Below are positions 37,513-45,964 of a DNA stretch of 64,000 nt, piece by piece. Each line of letters opens with the position of its first letter. Position 1 is the first letter of the stretch. Origin of the DNA: Planctomycetota bacterium (GTDB lineage Bacteria; Planctomycetota; Phycisphaerae; UBA1845); contig JAJRPG010000058.1 in assembly GCA_024280855.1 (NCBI GenBank), forward strand, positions 27,504 through 91,503, written 5' to 3'. A program made the translations under genes and the position numbers. The notes beneath the pieces were generated by a model. The model saw nothing but the letters and a program-made list of their open reading frames with translations. It had not been told where the DNA came from and made no database searches.

Positions 37513-37543
37513 CGAATGTCAGTATGTTACACCTGACGATTCG
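37513..37543 (-). other. strong hairpin in the glmS leader
   Basis: cgaatgtcag-tatgttacac-ctgac(g)attcg, a 10-bp stem with one bulge, 40-70 nt upstream of the glmS ATG. Confidence 0.5.
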
Positions 37544-37688
37544 TCGTAATTAGCCGGGGTTCATGCAGGGCGTTAAGCCTGATAGCTAAAGCCCCGCAGA
37601 CAGCGTAACCGCTCCCGACTACCCTATTATCGGCACAGTAAGCAAAAATGGCAAAGAAACCGTATCATTTGATGATTTCATTTGTGGG

Positions 37689-39101
37689 GTGAAAATCTCC
37701 CTGGCGGGGGACGAAAACGTGTTTCCCAGCTATAATCAACCCATTCGGGAGTATGAAGTGGACTTATTCGCAGCGCAGAAAAAGCAGCATCGGTCGCAGG
37801 TAGAGCCATTGGCTGCAAGAATGCGGCCTCGAACCCTGGAAGAATTCCTCGGTCAGGAGGACTTTCTGGGCGAGGGCAAGCTTTTGCGGCGAATGCTCGA
37901 GGCTGACCGACTCTCTAGCGCCCTGTTTTATGGCCCGGCCGGAACGGGGAAAACGACGCTTGCGACGGTCATCGCCGCGCGGACTTCGGCACATTTTGAT
38001 CAGGTCAATGCGGCTGCGGTTGGGGTTAAGGAAGTTCGCGTCATTCTCGAAAGCGCGCGTCAGCGGCTGGAGGTTTCCGGGCAGCGGACCATTTTCTTTG
38101 TGGACGAATTACACCGATTTAGCAAATCGCAGCAGGATGTGCTTCTGGGTGACGTGGAAAACGGCACGGTAATTCTCATCGGAGCTACGACGGAAAATCC
38201 GTTTTTTGCGATCAACACACCGCTGATTTCGCGTAGTCAGATTTTTCAATTTCAGCCTTTGTCGCCTGAAAATCTTAAGAAGCTTATGCACCGAGCGATC
38301 AAAGACCCGGAGCGAGGGCTGGGAAAGCATCGCATTACCTTGACCGAAGAAGCCGCAGACCACTTGGCGAAAATTTGTGACGGCGACGCACGTCGTGCGC
38401 TGACGGCGCTGGAAATAGCCGTGCTTTCGCAGGTTACTTCTGCTGAGGGCGCGTGTGAGGGTGGGTGTGATGTGGTGGTTGATTTAGCCGTGGCTGCGGA
38501 ATCTATTCAGAGGAAGGCGATTACCTACGACGCGGATGGTGATGTTCATTACGATTCGATAAGTGCGATGATAAAGTCCATACGCGGTAGTGACCCGGAC
38601 GCGGCGGTCTACTGGTTAGCCCGGATGTTGGAAGGTGGAGAAGACCCACGTTTTTTAGCTCGACGAATTGTCATCAGTGCCTCTGAAGATATTGGAAACG
38701 CTGACCCGCGTGGTCTAATTTTGGCTCAGTCAGCGGCTGCGGCGACGCTGGTGGTGGGGATGCCGGAGTGTCAATTGATCTTAGCTCAGGCGGTGATTTA
38801 CCTGGCGTGTGCGCCTAAGTCTAATGCCAGTGCGAAAGCTATTTGGGGGGCGGCTGATGATGTTCGTCATGGTCGGACGATCCCCGTCCCCAAGCATCTG
38901 AAGTCGGCCAAATATAAAAGTGCGGAAAAACTTGGTTCTGGTGTTGGATACCAGTACCCCCATGATGCACAAGACGGTATAGTGAGGCAAGATTATCTTG
39001 GTGTGGATAAGGCTTATTACTTACCGACGGATCGTGGTTGGGAGGCTCATGCCAAGGCGTATTTGGAACAGGTTCGGCGGATACAAGCCGATGAGCAGTA
39101 G
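37689..39101 (+). CDS. rarA: replication-associated recombination protein A (AAA+ ATPase)
   Basis: 470 aa with a GTG start. Contains PLAARMRPRTLEEFLGQ and the Walker A motif GPAGTGKTT, plus an MgsA C-terminal domain. Confidence 0.9.
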   Translation: MKISLAGDENVFPSYNQPIREYEVDLFAAQKKQHRSQVEPLAARMRPRTLEEFLGQEDFLGEGKLLRRMLEADRLSSALFYGPAGTGKTTLATVIAARTSAHFDQVNAAAVGVKEVRVILESARQRLEVSGQRTIFFVDELHRFSKSQQDVLLGDVENGTVILIGATTENPFFAINTPLISRSQIFQFQPLSPENLKKLMHRAIKDPERGLGKHRITLTEEAADHLAKICDGDARRALTALEIAVLSQVTSAEGACEGGCDVVVDLAVAAESIQRKAITYDADGDVHYDSISAMIKSIRGSDPDAAVYWLARMLEGGEDPRFLARRIVISASEDIGNADPRGLILAQSAAAATLVVGMPECQLILAQAVIYLACAPKSNASAKAIWGAADDVRHGRTIPVPKHLKSAKYKSAEKLGSGVGYQYPHDAQDGIVRQDYLGVDKAYYLPTDRGWEAHAKAYLEQVRRIQADEQ

Positions 39102-39216
39102 CGGAAACGTAGTCAGCATCGTCTAGCGAATTGGCCTTGGGCATCATCGTGCGTAGCCCGCGATGGTCAATGGTTAGGCGTTATGGTGTCACTACGTTTT
39201 CAGTGCCGGGTAGGCA

Positions 39217-39786
39217 GTGAAAAAAGAATTACGACAAAGATTTAAGAAACTCCTCGCTGATATGCCAGACGAGACGCGCAGTGCCAGTTCGCTGCGTACT
39301 TGTCAGAGGCTATTTGAGCAGCCTGAGTATATCAAAGCTGAGGTGATTATGGTTTACCTGTCACTGCCGACGGAGCCTGATACATCTGCGTTGGTGCTGC
39401 GTGCATGGCAGGACCGCAAGAGAGTCTTAGCGCCGAAAGTTAGTTGGAATCAGCGACGCATGATTCCGATGGAGATTCGTTCACTTACGGATGACCTCAC
39501 CGTGACACCGATGGGCATCCGTGAGCCGGTGGCTGGCATTCCTTTTCCCATTTCGCTTATTGATCTAGTGATTGTTCCGGGCGTGGCGTTTGACGAGGAT
39601 GGTAATCGCTTGGGCCGAGGTCGCGGTTTTTATGATCGGTTCCTTTCTCACGCGGAGTTTGAGGGTACGGCTTGTGCGTTTGCCCTTGATGTGCAGATGT
39701 CATCCACAGCTATTCCGATGGGGCCTTTGGATAGGCCTGTGGACATGCTGGTTACTGATGAAGCCGTCCGCCATTTCAAATCTTGA
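39217..39786 (+). CDS. 5-formyltetrahydrofolate cyclo-ligase
   Basis: 189 aa with a GTG start. Contains VIVPGVAFDEDGNRLGRGRGFYDRFL. Confidence 0.8.
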   Translation: MKKELRQRFKKLLADMPDETRSASSLRTCQRLFEQPEYIKAEVIMVYLSLPTEPDTSALVLRAWQDRKRVLAPKVSWNQRRMIPMEIRSLTDDLTVTPMGIREPVAGIPFPISLIDLVIVPGVAFDEDGNRLGRGRGFYDRFLSHAEFEGTACAFALDVQMSSTAIPMGPLDRPVDMLVTDEAVRHFKS

Positions 39787-40107
39787 TTCGTGACTCACTT
39801 TACATTTTGCATATTTATTCCTGAAAAATAAAAAATTTCATATTTTTCTTCCGTCATTCATGCGCGGCTGGTGTTATAGGAGTAGACAGGTGTTGATCGC
39901 GTTGTCATAAGACGAGGCGGGTCGTCATCTATCTACAGATCGCAGGTTCAAAGGGCCGCAGACTATGACATTGCGGGGGTGAGGTCGTCGTCTGCGGCAG
40001 CCTGTGCGCTATTGCGCTGACAAGTAAATTTTGAGTCGTAGAATAGCAGGGAATTAGTGCGCCGATTCCGCGCGCATTTTGTAGGCCTTGGGGGCTGTAA
40101 GGGTGAG

Positions 40108-40129
40108 GTGAAGTCAGGGGTGACTTCAC
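40108..40129 (+). other. hairpin in the leader of the propeller gene
   Basis: gtgaagtca-gggg-tgacttcac, a 9-bp perfect stem 48 nt upstream of ATG 40177. Confidence 0.5.
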
Positions 40130-40176
40130 GAGTGTTGGAGATATGTCTAATTCCATTTGAGAAAAGGGATTCGAGA

Positions 40177-43100
40177 ATGTGTAAATATAAATCGATGATA
40201 GCGATAGCAGCAGTTGTGGTACTAATTGCTTCAACCACCATTTCTAAGGCTCAATGTATTGAAAACCAGAAGCTGGCTTCTCCTTCTGGTACGAGCGGGC
40301 CCGACGGGTTTGGCAATGCCGTTTCAATAAGTGGTGATACGGCCGTGGTGGCTGCGTATGGGCGAGATTGCGATGCGCTCACTGCCTGCGGGGCGGTATT
40401 CGTTTATAGATTTGACGGCGATTCCTGGATAGAAAAGCAGCAGTTGACCGCTTCCGAACCTGGCCAGTTCTTTGGCTTCGGTAAATCTGTGTCGGTGGAC
40501 GGAGATACGATTGTCGTGGGGGCGGCGTATGCTGATTGTGAGTCTGGTCGCACTTGCGGGGCCGCGTATGTATTTCGATTCAATGGGACAAGATGGGTCG
40601 AACAGCAAAAGCTGGTCGCGTCCGACGCCGAGGAAGGTGACACATTTGGAAACGTGGTTTCTGTGTATGGTGATATAGCTGTCGTAGGTGCTATGAGAGA
40701 TGATGACAGCACCGGGGCGGCGTATGTGTTCCGTTTTAATGGGGCTACTTGGGTAGAGCAACAAAAGCTGACTGCTAGTGATGCACGGTCTCAAGGTAGG
40801 TTTGGTGTTTCTGTATCAGCCAGCAATGAAACTATTTTGGTTGGGGCTTATAGAATGAGAGGCTTTACGGATGATGGCTATATAAAAAATAATGGGGCAG
40901 CATACGTTTTTCGCATCAACGGGACTGAGTGGATTGAGGAACAGATATTGATTGCCAATGATACTGTACCTAGTGTGCGTTTGGGTGAAGAATTCGGCTG
41001 GTCTGTTTCCCTAAGTGGCGACAAGGCTATGGTGTCGACGCGTCGGCACACTTGTTCGACAGGCCAATCTTGTGGATCGGTATACGTATTTCGATACGAC
41101 GGATCCAGTTGGGTAGATGAGCAAAAGCTGACGGCTACAATCACGGATGATATTGGTCGGTTCGGTAATTCTGTCTCATTGCTTGGAAACACCGCCATAG
41201 TTGGAGCAGTGGGTGCTTATTGCGAATCAGGCCACTCTTGCGGCGCAGCCTATGTGTATCGATTTGATGGCATCTGTTGGACCGAGCAACGTAGACTCAA
41301 TGCCTCCGATGCAAACATGGGGGATAATTTTGGTATTGCTGTAGCGGTATACTATGGAACGGTTCTGGTGGGAGCATTCAATGGTCACTGCCTTGGGGGG
41401 AGTTGTGGGTCGGCGTATGTGTTCGATATTACACCTGGTTCTCCGTGCTTTGATTGCGACGGCGACGGTATTCTGGATGTCCTTGAGATTGATTGCAACG
41501 GAAACAACCAAGCGGATTCGTGCGATATTTCTAAAGGTGAGAGTGCGGATTGCAATGACAACGGCGTGCCAGACGAGTGCGAGGTGATCGCCCGAGGGCA
41601 GTTTGAACTAGGTAACTCCCCTAGAAAGTTGTCGATGGATGGCGATGTTGTGGCTGTCTGCTCAAGTGGAGAGGATGAAAACGGTAATTTCCGAAATGAA
41701 ACATATGTGTTTCAATCTACAGACACGGAATGGGGATTAGATCAGATATTGTTTGCCCCGGATGGCATTACTAACGATCGTTTTTGTGAATCTATAGCCA
41801 CGCATGGAAATCGTATTATTGTTGGTGCTCCGGGCACTTATGCGTCCGATTTATCCGATGGTTCGGCCTATATTTTTGAGAAAAATAGTCACGGTTGGTC
41901 ACAGCGGGCGAAGCTCACCCTGCCGGAAGGCGAAATTTGTGAAGACTTTGGCTATACTGTTGCGCTGTCAGGAGGCTTGGCTTTTGTTTCTGCTGTTAAA
42001 TATAACAAGGCTCCGTTTCATGCTGTGTATACATATCGTTTAGTGGGAGAAACATGGGAATTTGAATCAAAACTTACTAGCCCAAATGAAAACATTTACC
42101 TGTCATATGGTCAATCATTGTCGACTAATGGTGATACATTAGTAGTTGGAGCACCAAATATTTGGGGGATAGGGGAGGGCGCTATATATGTCTATAAGCG
42201 AATTGACGGGCAGTGGATTCAGCAAGCGGAATTCACCGGAGGTAATATTTTTCACGGGCAATTTGGCCTTTCCGTTTTTATTAAAGAAGATGTAATTGTT
42301 GTAGGGGACCCGACTAATGCAGCACTTCGAATTGGTAATGCGGGACATGTGTACCGACTACAAAATAGTGAATGGGTATTGGAAGCTGTGTTAAAGGCAT
42401 CGCGATCTTCGGGGATTAATCGATTAGGTCGTTCGATAGCGATGGATGGAGATCGGATTTTGCTCAAAGGAGTTGTTTGGTCTGGTCCAAAGAGTGGCGA
42501 AGCAGTTGTTGTTTTTCATCGCCAGGGAGACAAATGGATTGAAGAGCAAATTCTATTCGCGCCCGCGGGGGATACTGTGGCGTATTTCACCGACGCGATT
42601 GGAATTAGTGGACAAACTGCATTTATAGGTGGCAGTGTAGGTTTACAGGGACAAACCCACGGCGTGCTTTATTCGTATGGCCTTAGCGGGCCGGACTGCA
42701 ACGATAATGGCGTGTTGGATTCTTGCGATGTCACTGCTGGAACATCTCAGGACTGCACGTCTAATGGCTTTCTCGATGAATGCGAGGCCGATTGCAATGA
42801 TAACGGCGTAGCTGACTCATGTGACATTGAAGATGGCGTCGAGCTGGACTGCAACAACAACCGCGTCCCCGACGGGTGCGATATAAAGCAGCATGAAAGC
42901 CAAGATTGCAATGATAATCATGTGCCGGACGAATGCGAGTCGGACGGTGATCATGATGGCTCTCCCGGCGATTGCGATCAGTGCCCAGATTCTGACACTT
43001 CTGAAACTGTCGTCGTAAATAGTTGTGACAGCGGCGTAGCTAATGTCTTCCTTGAAGATGGTTGTAACATGATGGACAAGCTTAGTGAGTGCAGTGATAA

Positions 43101-43260
43101 GGCTGGTCGTCATGGAAATTTCGTGAGCTGTATAACAAAACTCACCAAACGATGGCGTAAGCACGGATTGCTAACAGAAAAAGAGGCGGCCCGAATCGTG
43201 CGCTGTGCGGCTCAGGATAATAAAGGTGAACGCAGAAGAAACATGAGTGGTCGGCGGTAG
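40177..43260 (+). CDS. secreted double FG-GAP-like beta-propeller protein with Cys-rich DCNDNG modules
   Basis: Start moved to ATG 40177 (MCKYKSMIAIAAVVVLIASTTISKAQC signal peptide). Two sets of about 7 repeats of the form FGxSVSxxGDTxVVGA...GAAYVFRxxGxxWxEQQKL. Confidence 0.7.
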   Translation: MCKYKSMIAIAAVVVLIASTTISKAQCIENQKLASPSGTSGPDGFGNAVSISGDTAVVAAYGRDCDALTACGAVFVYRFDGDSWIEKQQLTASEPGQFFGFGKSVSVDGDTIVVGAAYADCESGRTCGAAYVFRFNGTRWVEQQKLVASDAEEGDTFGNVVSVYGDIAVVGAMRDDDSTGAAYVFRFNGATWVEQQKLTASDARSQGRFGVSVSASNETILVGAYRMRGFTDDGYIKNNGAAYVFRINGTEWIEEQILIANDTVPSVRLGEEFGWSVSLSGDKAMVSTRRHTCSTGQSCGSVYVFRYDGSSWVDEQKLTATITDDIGRFGNSVSLLGNTAIVGAVGAYCESGHSCGAAYVYRFDGICWTEQRRLNASDANMGDNFGIAVAVYYGTVLVGAFNGHCLGGSCGSAYVFDITPGSPCFDCDGDGILDVLEIDCNGNNQADSCDISKGESADCNDNGVPDECEVIARGQFELGNSPRKLSMDGDVVAVCSSGEDENGNFRNETYVFQSTDTEWGLDQILFAPDGITNDRFCESIATHGNRIIVGAPGTYASDLSDGSAYIFEKNSHGWSQRAKLTLPEGEICEDFGYTVALSGGLAFVSAVKYNKAPFHAVYTYRLVGETWEFESKLTSPNENIYLSYGQSLSTNGDTLVVGAPNIWGIGEGAIYVYKRIDGQWIQQAEFTGGNIFHGQFGLSVFIKEDVIVVGDPTNAALRIGNAGHVYRLQNSEWVLEAVLKASRSSGINRLGRSIAMDGDRILLKGVVWSGPKSGEAVVVFHRQGDKWIEEQILFAPAGDTVAYFTDAIGISGQTAFIGGSVGLQGQTHGVLYSYGLSGPDCNDNGVLDSCDVTAGTSQDCTSNGFLDECEADCNDNGVADSCDIEDGVELDCNNNRVPDGCDIKQHESQDCNDNHVPDECESDGDHDGSPGDCDQCPDSDTSETVVVNSCDSGVANVFLEDGCNMMDKLSECSDKAGRHGNFVSCITKLTKRWRKHGLLTEKEAARIVRCAAQDNKGERRRNMSGRR

Positions 43261-43291
43261 GTTATTGGGCTGAGTATGTAGGATTATCGCT

Positions 43292-44473
43292 ATGAAAAGC
43301 AGCATGAATTTGTCTCTATGCGTGGTTGTGGTGTGTGGCGCGGCGAATGCCGGCAGAACTTCGGCCTGCCCCGTTGACTTAAGCTCGGCCTGCCTTGATC
43401 TCATCGACGCGCGTTTTCGCTATCTTGCTAAACCTGATTGGGAGGTTTCAAGGCTGCAAATGCGGGAAATAGTAGACGTCTGTTTAGTCGGCGACAAAAT
43501 GGTTTGGAAGAAATTACGTGAGACACTTACAAACGATATACTGGATCACAAAATTTGGAACGACAGCATGCGTATCGCGTGTGTTATCGCCGACGAGGAA
43601 ATCGCAAGTGATCTCATTGGCATTATGCTCGGTTGGCTAGCCGAAGCGGAGAAGCTAGCCAGACTAACACCGCCGGCTGATCGTACATGGGCAGGTTCAC
43701 TACAAAAACATGCATACCGTTTGAGTATAGTGGGTAATCTAGCCATCGATGAGCTCGGCCAACTTCAGGCTGTTATGACTGATTGCGAACCAGCTTTCAC
43801 GCTTACAAAAGCAATCTGCGCAGGTGAAGCCATGAATATACGCCGCCGCTTTCGTTGGTGGGACGTTCTCGACGCATGTCATGGGCCTAAGATTCAGCGC
43901 CAGGCATTTGCGCTGTCCATGCTCAACGTTTATGGAAATCTTCTTCACCATCCGCCAGTAATAAGTTTAGACGATCCCAAATTTCGCGAGGATCTACGTG
44001 AACTGTTTCAAGATACTGTCCGCGGTCGCGATAATACAGACGGTTTGTTTGCTGGCGTCGCAGCGACGCTTGCTCATCTAGGTGATAAAGAAATTTTGAA
44101 TGATCTTAACGCGCTTCGTAGACCGTTTAAGGATAATCCTACGATGCGCATGTTCCTCAAACACAGTATCCAGAAGATTGAGATGCAGCATCCTCCTAAG
44201 AAAATTTTAGAATATATTGCCTCTGATGAAGATCCCTATGTCGATGTGCGCGTGTGGGCGATCGAACGGGCCGTGGAATTAGGATTGCCCAAAAGCGAAA
44301 TTCGAGATTCTATACTAGCCCGTGCGCATCACTGTAAGACTCTAGGGCGCGGGCGTCGTCCAAACATACGGCCTGAAATGGTCCATCTGCGGAGACTCGG
44401 GATTTCTTTAGGCGTTCTAAAAGCTCACGATCTACCATTGGAGGATGTTCCACCGAGTCGTGCAGTAGATTAG
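43292..44473 (+). CDS. hypothetical secreted alpha-helical (HEAT-like) protein
   Basis: 393 aa. N-terminal signal-like segment. No motif recognised. Lies 31 nt downstream of the propeller gene. Confidence 0.5.
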   Translation: MKSSMNLSLCVVVVCGAANAGRTSACPVDLSSACLDLIDARFRYLAKPDWEVSRLQMREIVDVCLVGDKMVWKKLRETLTNDILDHKIWNDSMRIACVIADEEIASDLIGIMLGWLAEAEKLARLTPPADRTWAGSLQKHAYRLSIVGNLAIDELGQLQAVMTDCEPAFTLTKAICAGEAMNIRRRFRWWDVLDACHGPKIQRQAFALSMLNVYGNLLHHPPVISLDDPKFREDLRELFQDTVRGRDNTDGLFAGVAATLAHLGDKEILNDLNALRRPFKDNPTMRMFLKHSIQKIEMQHPPKKILEYIASDEDPYVDVRVWAIERAVELGLPKSEIRDSILARAHHCKTLGRGRRPNIRPEMVHLRRLGISLGVLKAHDLPLEDVPPSRAVD

Positions 44474-44531
44474 GTCATGGTGGACTTTTAACTTTGATTT
44501 TAACTGTACCGAGGTTGGTTGAGGCTTGCCA

Positions 44532-45011
44532 TTATTTCTTAATCGCCACAGGGCAATCGGTCGCGCACTCCCAACATAATCCGGTTAGCTGCAAGCGATG
44601 GCCGGTGACGTGGAAGCGGTTTTCGCTGGCGAGTTGTTTGCGTAGCTCGATGACTTTATCCGACGAGAATTCTACAATGCGCCCGCAGCGATTACATACC
44701 ATGTGGTCGTGTGGGTCTTGGCCATAGACGAATTCGTAGTGCGTTTGTTTCACGTCGAAGCGGACGGCTTTGAGGATACCGCAATCGACGAGAATGGGTA
44801 GCGTGCGGTAGACCGTAGCTTTTCCCACCGAGATGCTATTTTCACGCAACCGGTAGAGCAGTTGCTCGGCTTCAAAGTGTTCGCCCATCTCTAGTACGAT
44901 GTCCAGGATGTGTCGGCGGGCCTGCGTGTATTTGATGCCATTGTGGTGCAGGTAATTGCGGAATACGTCTTTTAGTTCCGAGGGCTGGGATGATTTGTTG
45001 TTTTGCGTCAT
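44532..45011 (-). CDS. fur: Fur-family transcriptional regulator
   Basis: 159 aa. Contains HHDHMVCNRCGRIVEF and a C-terminal CxxC. Confidence 0.85.
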   Translation of the reverse strand: MTQNNKSSQPSELKDVFRNYLHHNGIKYTQARRHILDIVLEMGEHFEAEQLLYRLRENSISVGKATVYRTLPILVDCGILKAVRFDVKQTHYEFVYGQDPHDHMVCNRCGRIVEFSSDKVIELRKQLASENRFHVTGHRLQLTGLCWECATDCPVAIKK

Positions 45012-45123
45012 GGGGCCTCGGGTTCCTGATTTCTGGCGTAGCTAACAGATGCTCCCGCGCACTTAGGGTTACATTATCTAGGGCGAATCCAGAGTCAGCA
45101 AGGTACGCCCTCGTTTTTGTTTT

Positions 45124-45140
45124 GAAATCATTATGCAATA
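45124..45140. promoter_or_regulatory. candidate Fur box in the fur / ferredoxin divergent region
   Basis: gaaatcattatgcaata contains AATCATTAT, identical to 9 nt of the E. coli Fur consensus GATAATGATAATCATTATC. Confidence 0.4.
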
Positions 45141-45176
45141 GCTGCCCATTAAATAGCAAAAGACACGGGTTCCGAT

Positions 45177-45200
45177 GTACTTCGGAACCCATGCCACCCG
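45177..45200 (+). repeat. hairpin repeat family F core
   Basis: gggttccgatgtacttcggaaccc, an 8-bp stem with the same ATGTACTT loop. Followed by catgccaccc. Confidence 0.65.
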
Positions 45201-45293
45201 GCCGCCATTTCCGCGCAGATGGGAATGACTGAGCGACATCATCGACCCTTGTACTGTGATCGTCTATGATTGAGACACATAGGAATACGAAAT

Positions 45294-45917
45294 ATGACCA
45301 GTGAACAAGATCGACATCCTGACCGGCGAAGTTTTTTTCGTGAGGCATTTTCCAGGGCGGTGGGGTCCGCTGCGGATTATGTTACTAAACGATTCGATGA
45401 TGTTGCGCCATCAAAGCCTGCTAGGCCAGCGCCGACCTGGCTTCGTCCACCAGGGGCTGTGGATGAGGCGACGTTTAGCGATTTGTGTCATCGCTGCGGG
45501 AAATGTATTGAGGTCTGCCCCGCGTCGTGTCTTGTCATATTGCCCGCGAGCTATGGTGAATTAGCTGGTACGCCGGCTATTGATCCTGATATTTCGGCGT
45601 GCGTGATTTGCGATGGATTGCAGTGTACCCATGTTTGTCCCACCGGAGCGTTGACGCCGGTTTTGCAGCCGAGCGAAATGGCGATGGGCGTAGCTGAGGT
45701 GTATGAGCCTGTGTGCGTGCGGAGTCGTGGTGAGACGTGTACAGAATGCGTGGATCGATGTCCGTTGGGATCGGATGCGATTTACTTTGTGGGTGATGGG
45801 CCGCCGACGGTGCAGGTGGATGGCTGCGTGGGGTGCGGTTTGTGTCAGCGATATTGCCCGACACAGCCTAAGGCGATTACGATTAAGCCGACGGAAGTTG
45901 TTGGCGGGGTTCGCTGA
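45294..45917 (+). CDS. NapF-like multi-[4Fe-4S] ferredoxin-type protein
   Basis: ORF starts at TTG 45270; ATG 45294 preferred. RRSFFREAF Tat-like motif and four Cys clusters (CHRCGKCIEVCP, CVICDGLQCTHVCP, CTECVDRCP, CVGCGLCQRYCP). Confidence 0.7.
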   Translation: MTSEQDRHPDRRSFFREAFSRAVGSAADYVTKRFDDVAPSKPARPAPTWLRPPGAVDEATFSDLCHRCGKCIEVCPASCLVILPASYGELAGTPAIDPDISACVICDGLQCTHVCPTGALTPVLQPSEMAMGVAEVYEPVCVRSRGETCTECVDRCPLGSDAIYFVGDGPPTVQVDGCVGCGLCQRYCPTQPKAITIKPTEVVGGVR

Positions 45918-45964
45918 CAGTAATTTGGCACCGATTTGAGGAATTCGTAGGAGGCAGTGGACTG

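Noticed and set aside
37474-37688. glmS ribozyme upstream of glmS
   Set aside because: I could not find the conserved ribozyme core sequences by eye, and the ribozyme is mainly a Firmicutes feature. A covariance-model scan is needed before any such claim.
40057-40176. 40-aa N-terminal extension of the propeller protein (MRRFRAHFVGLGG...)
   Set aside because: The ATG at 40177 is immediately followed by a typical signal peptide. The upstream part overlaps a stable leader hairpin and has no secretion-compatible features.
45926-45940. Sigma-54 promoter-like TGGCACCGATTTGAG 25 nt upstream of the AlgJ-like gene
   Set aside because: The -24 element is perfect and the spacing is right, but the -12 element reads TTGA, lacking the essential GC dinucleotide. 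I keep it only as a weak possibility.
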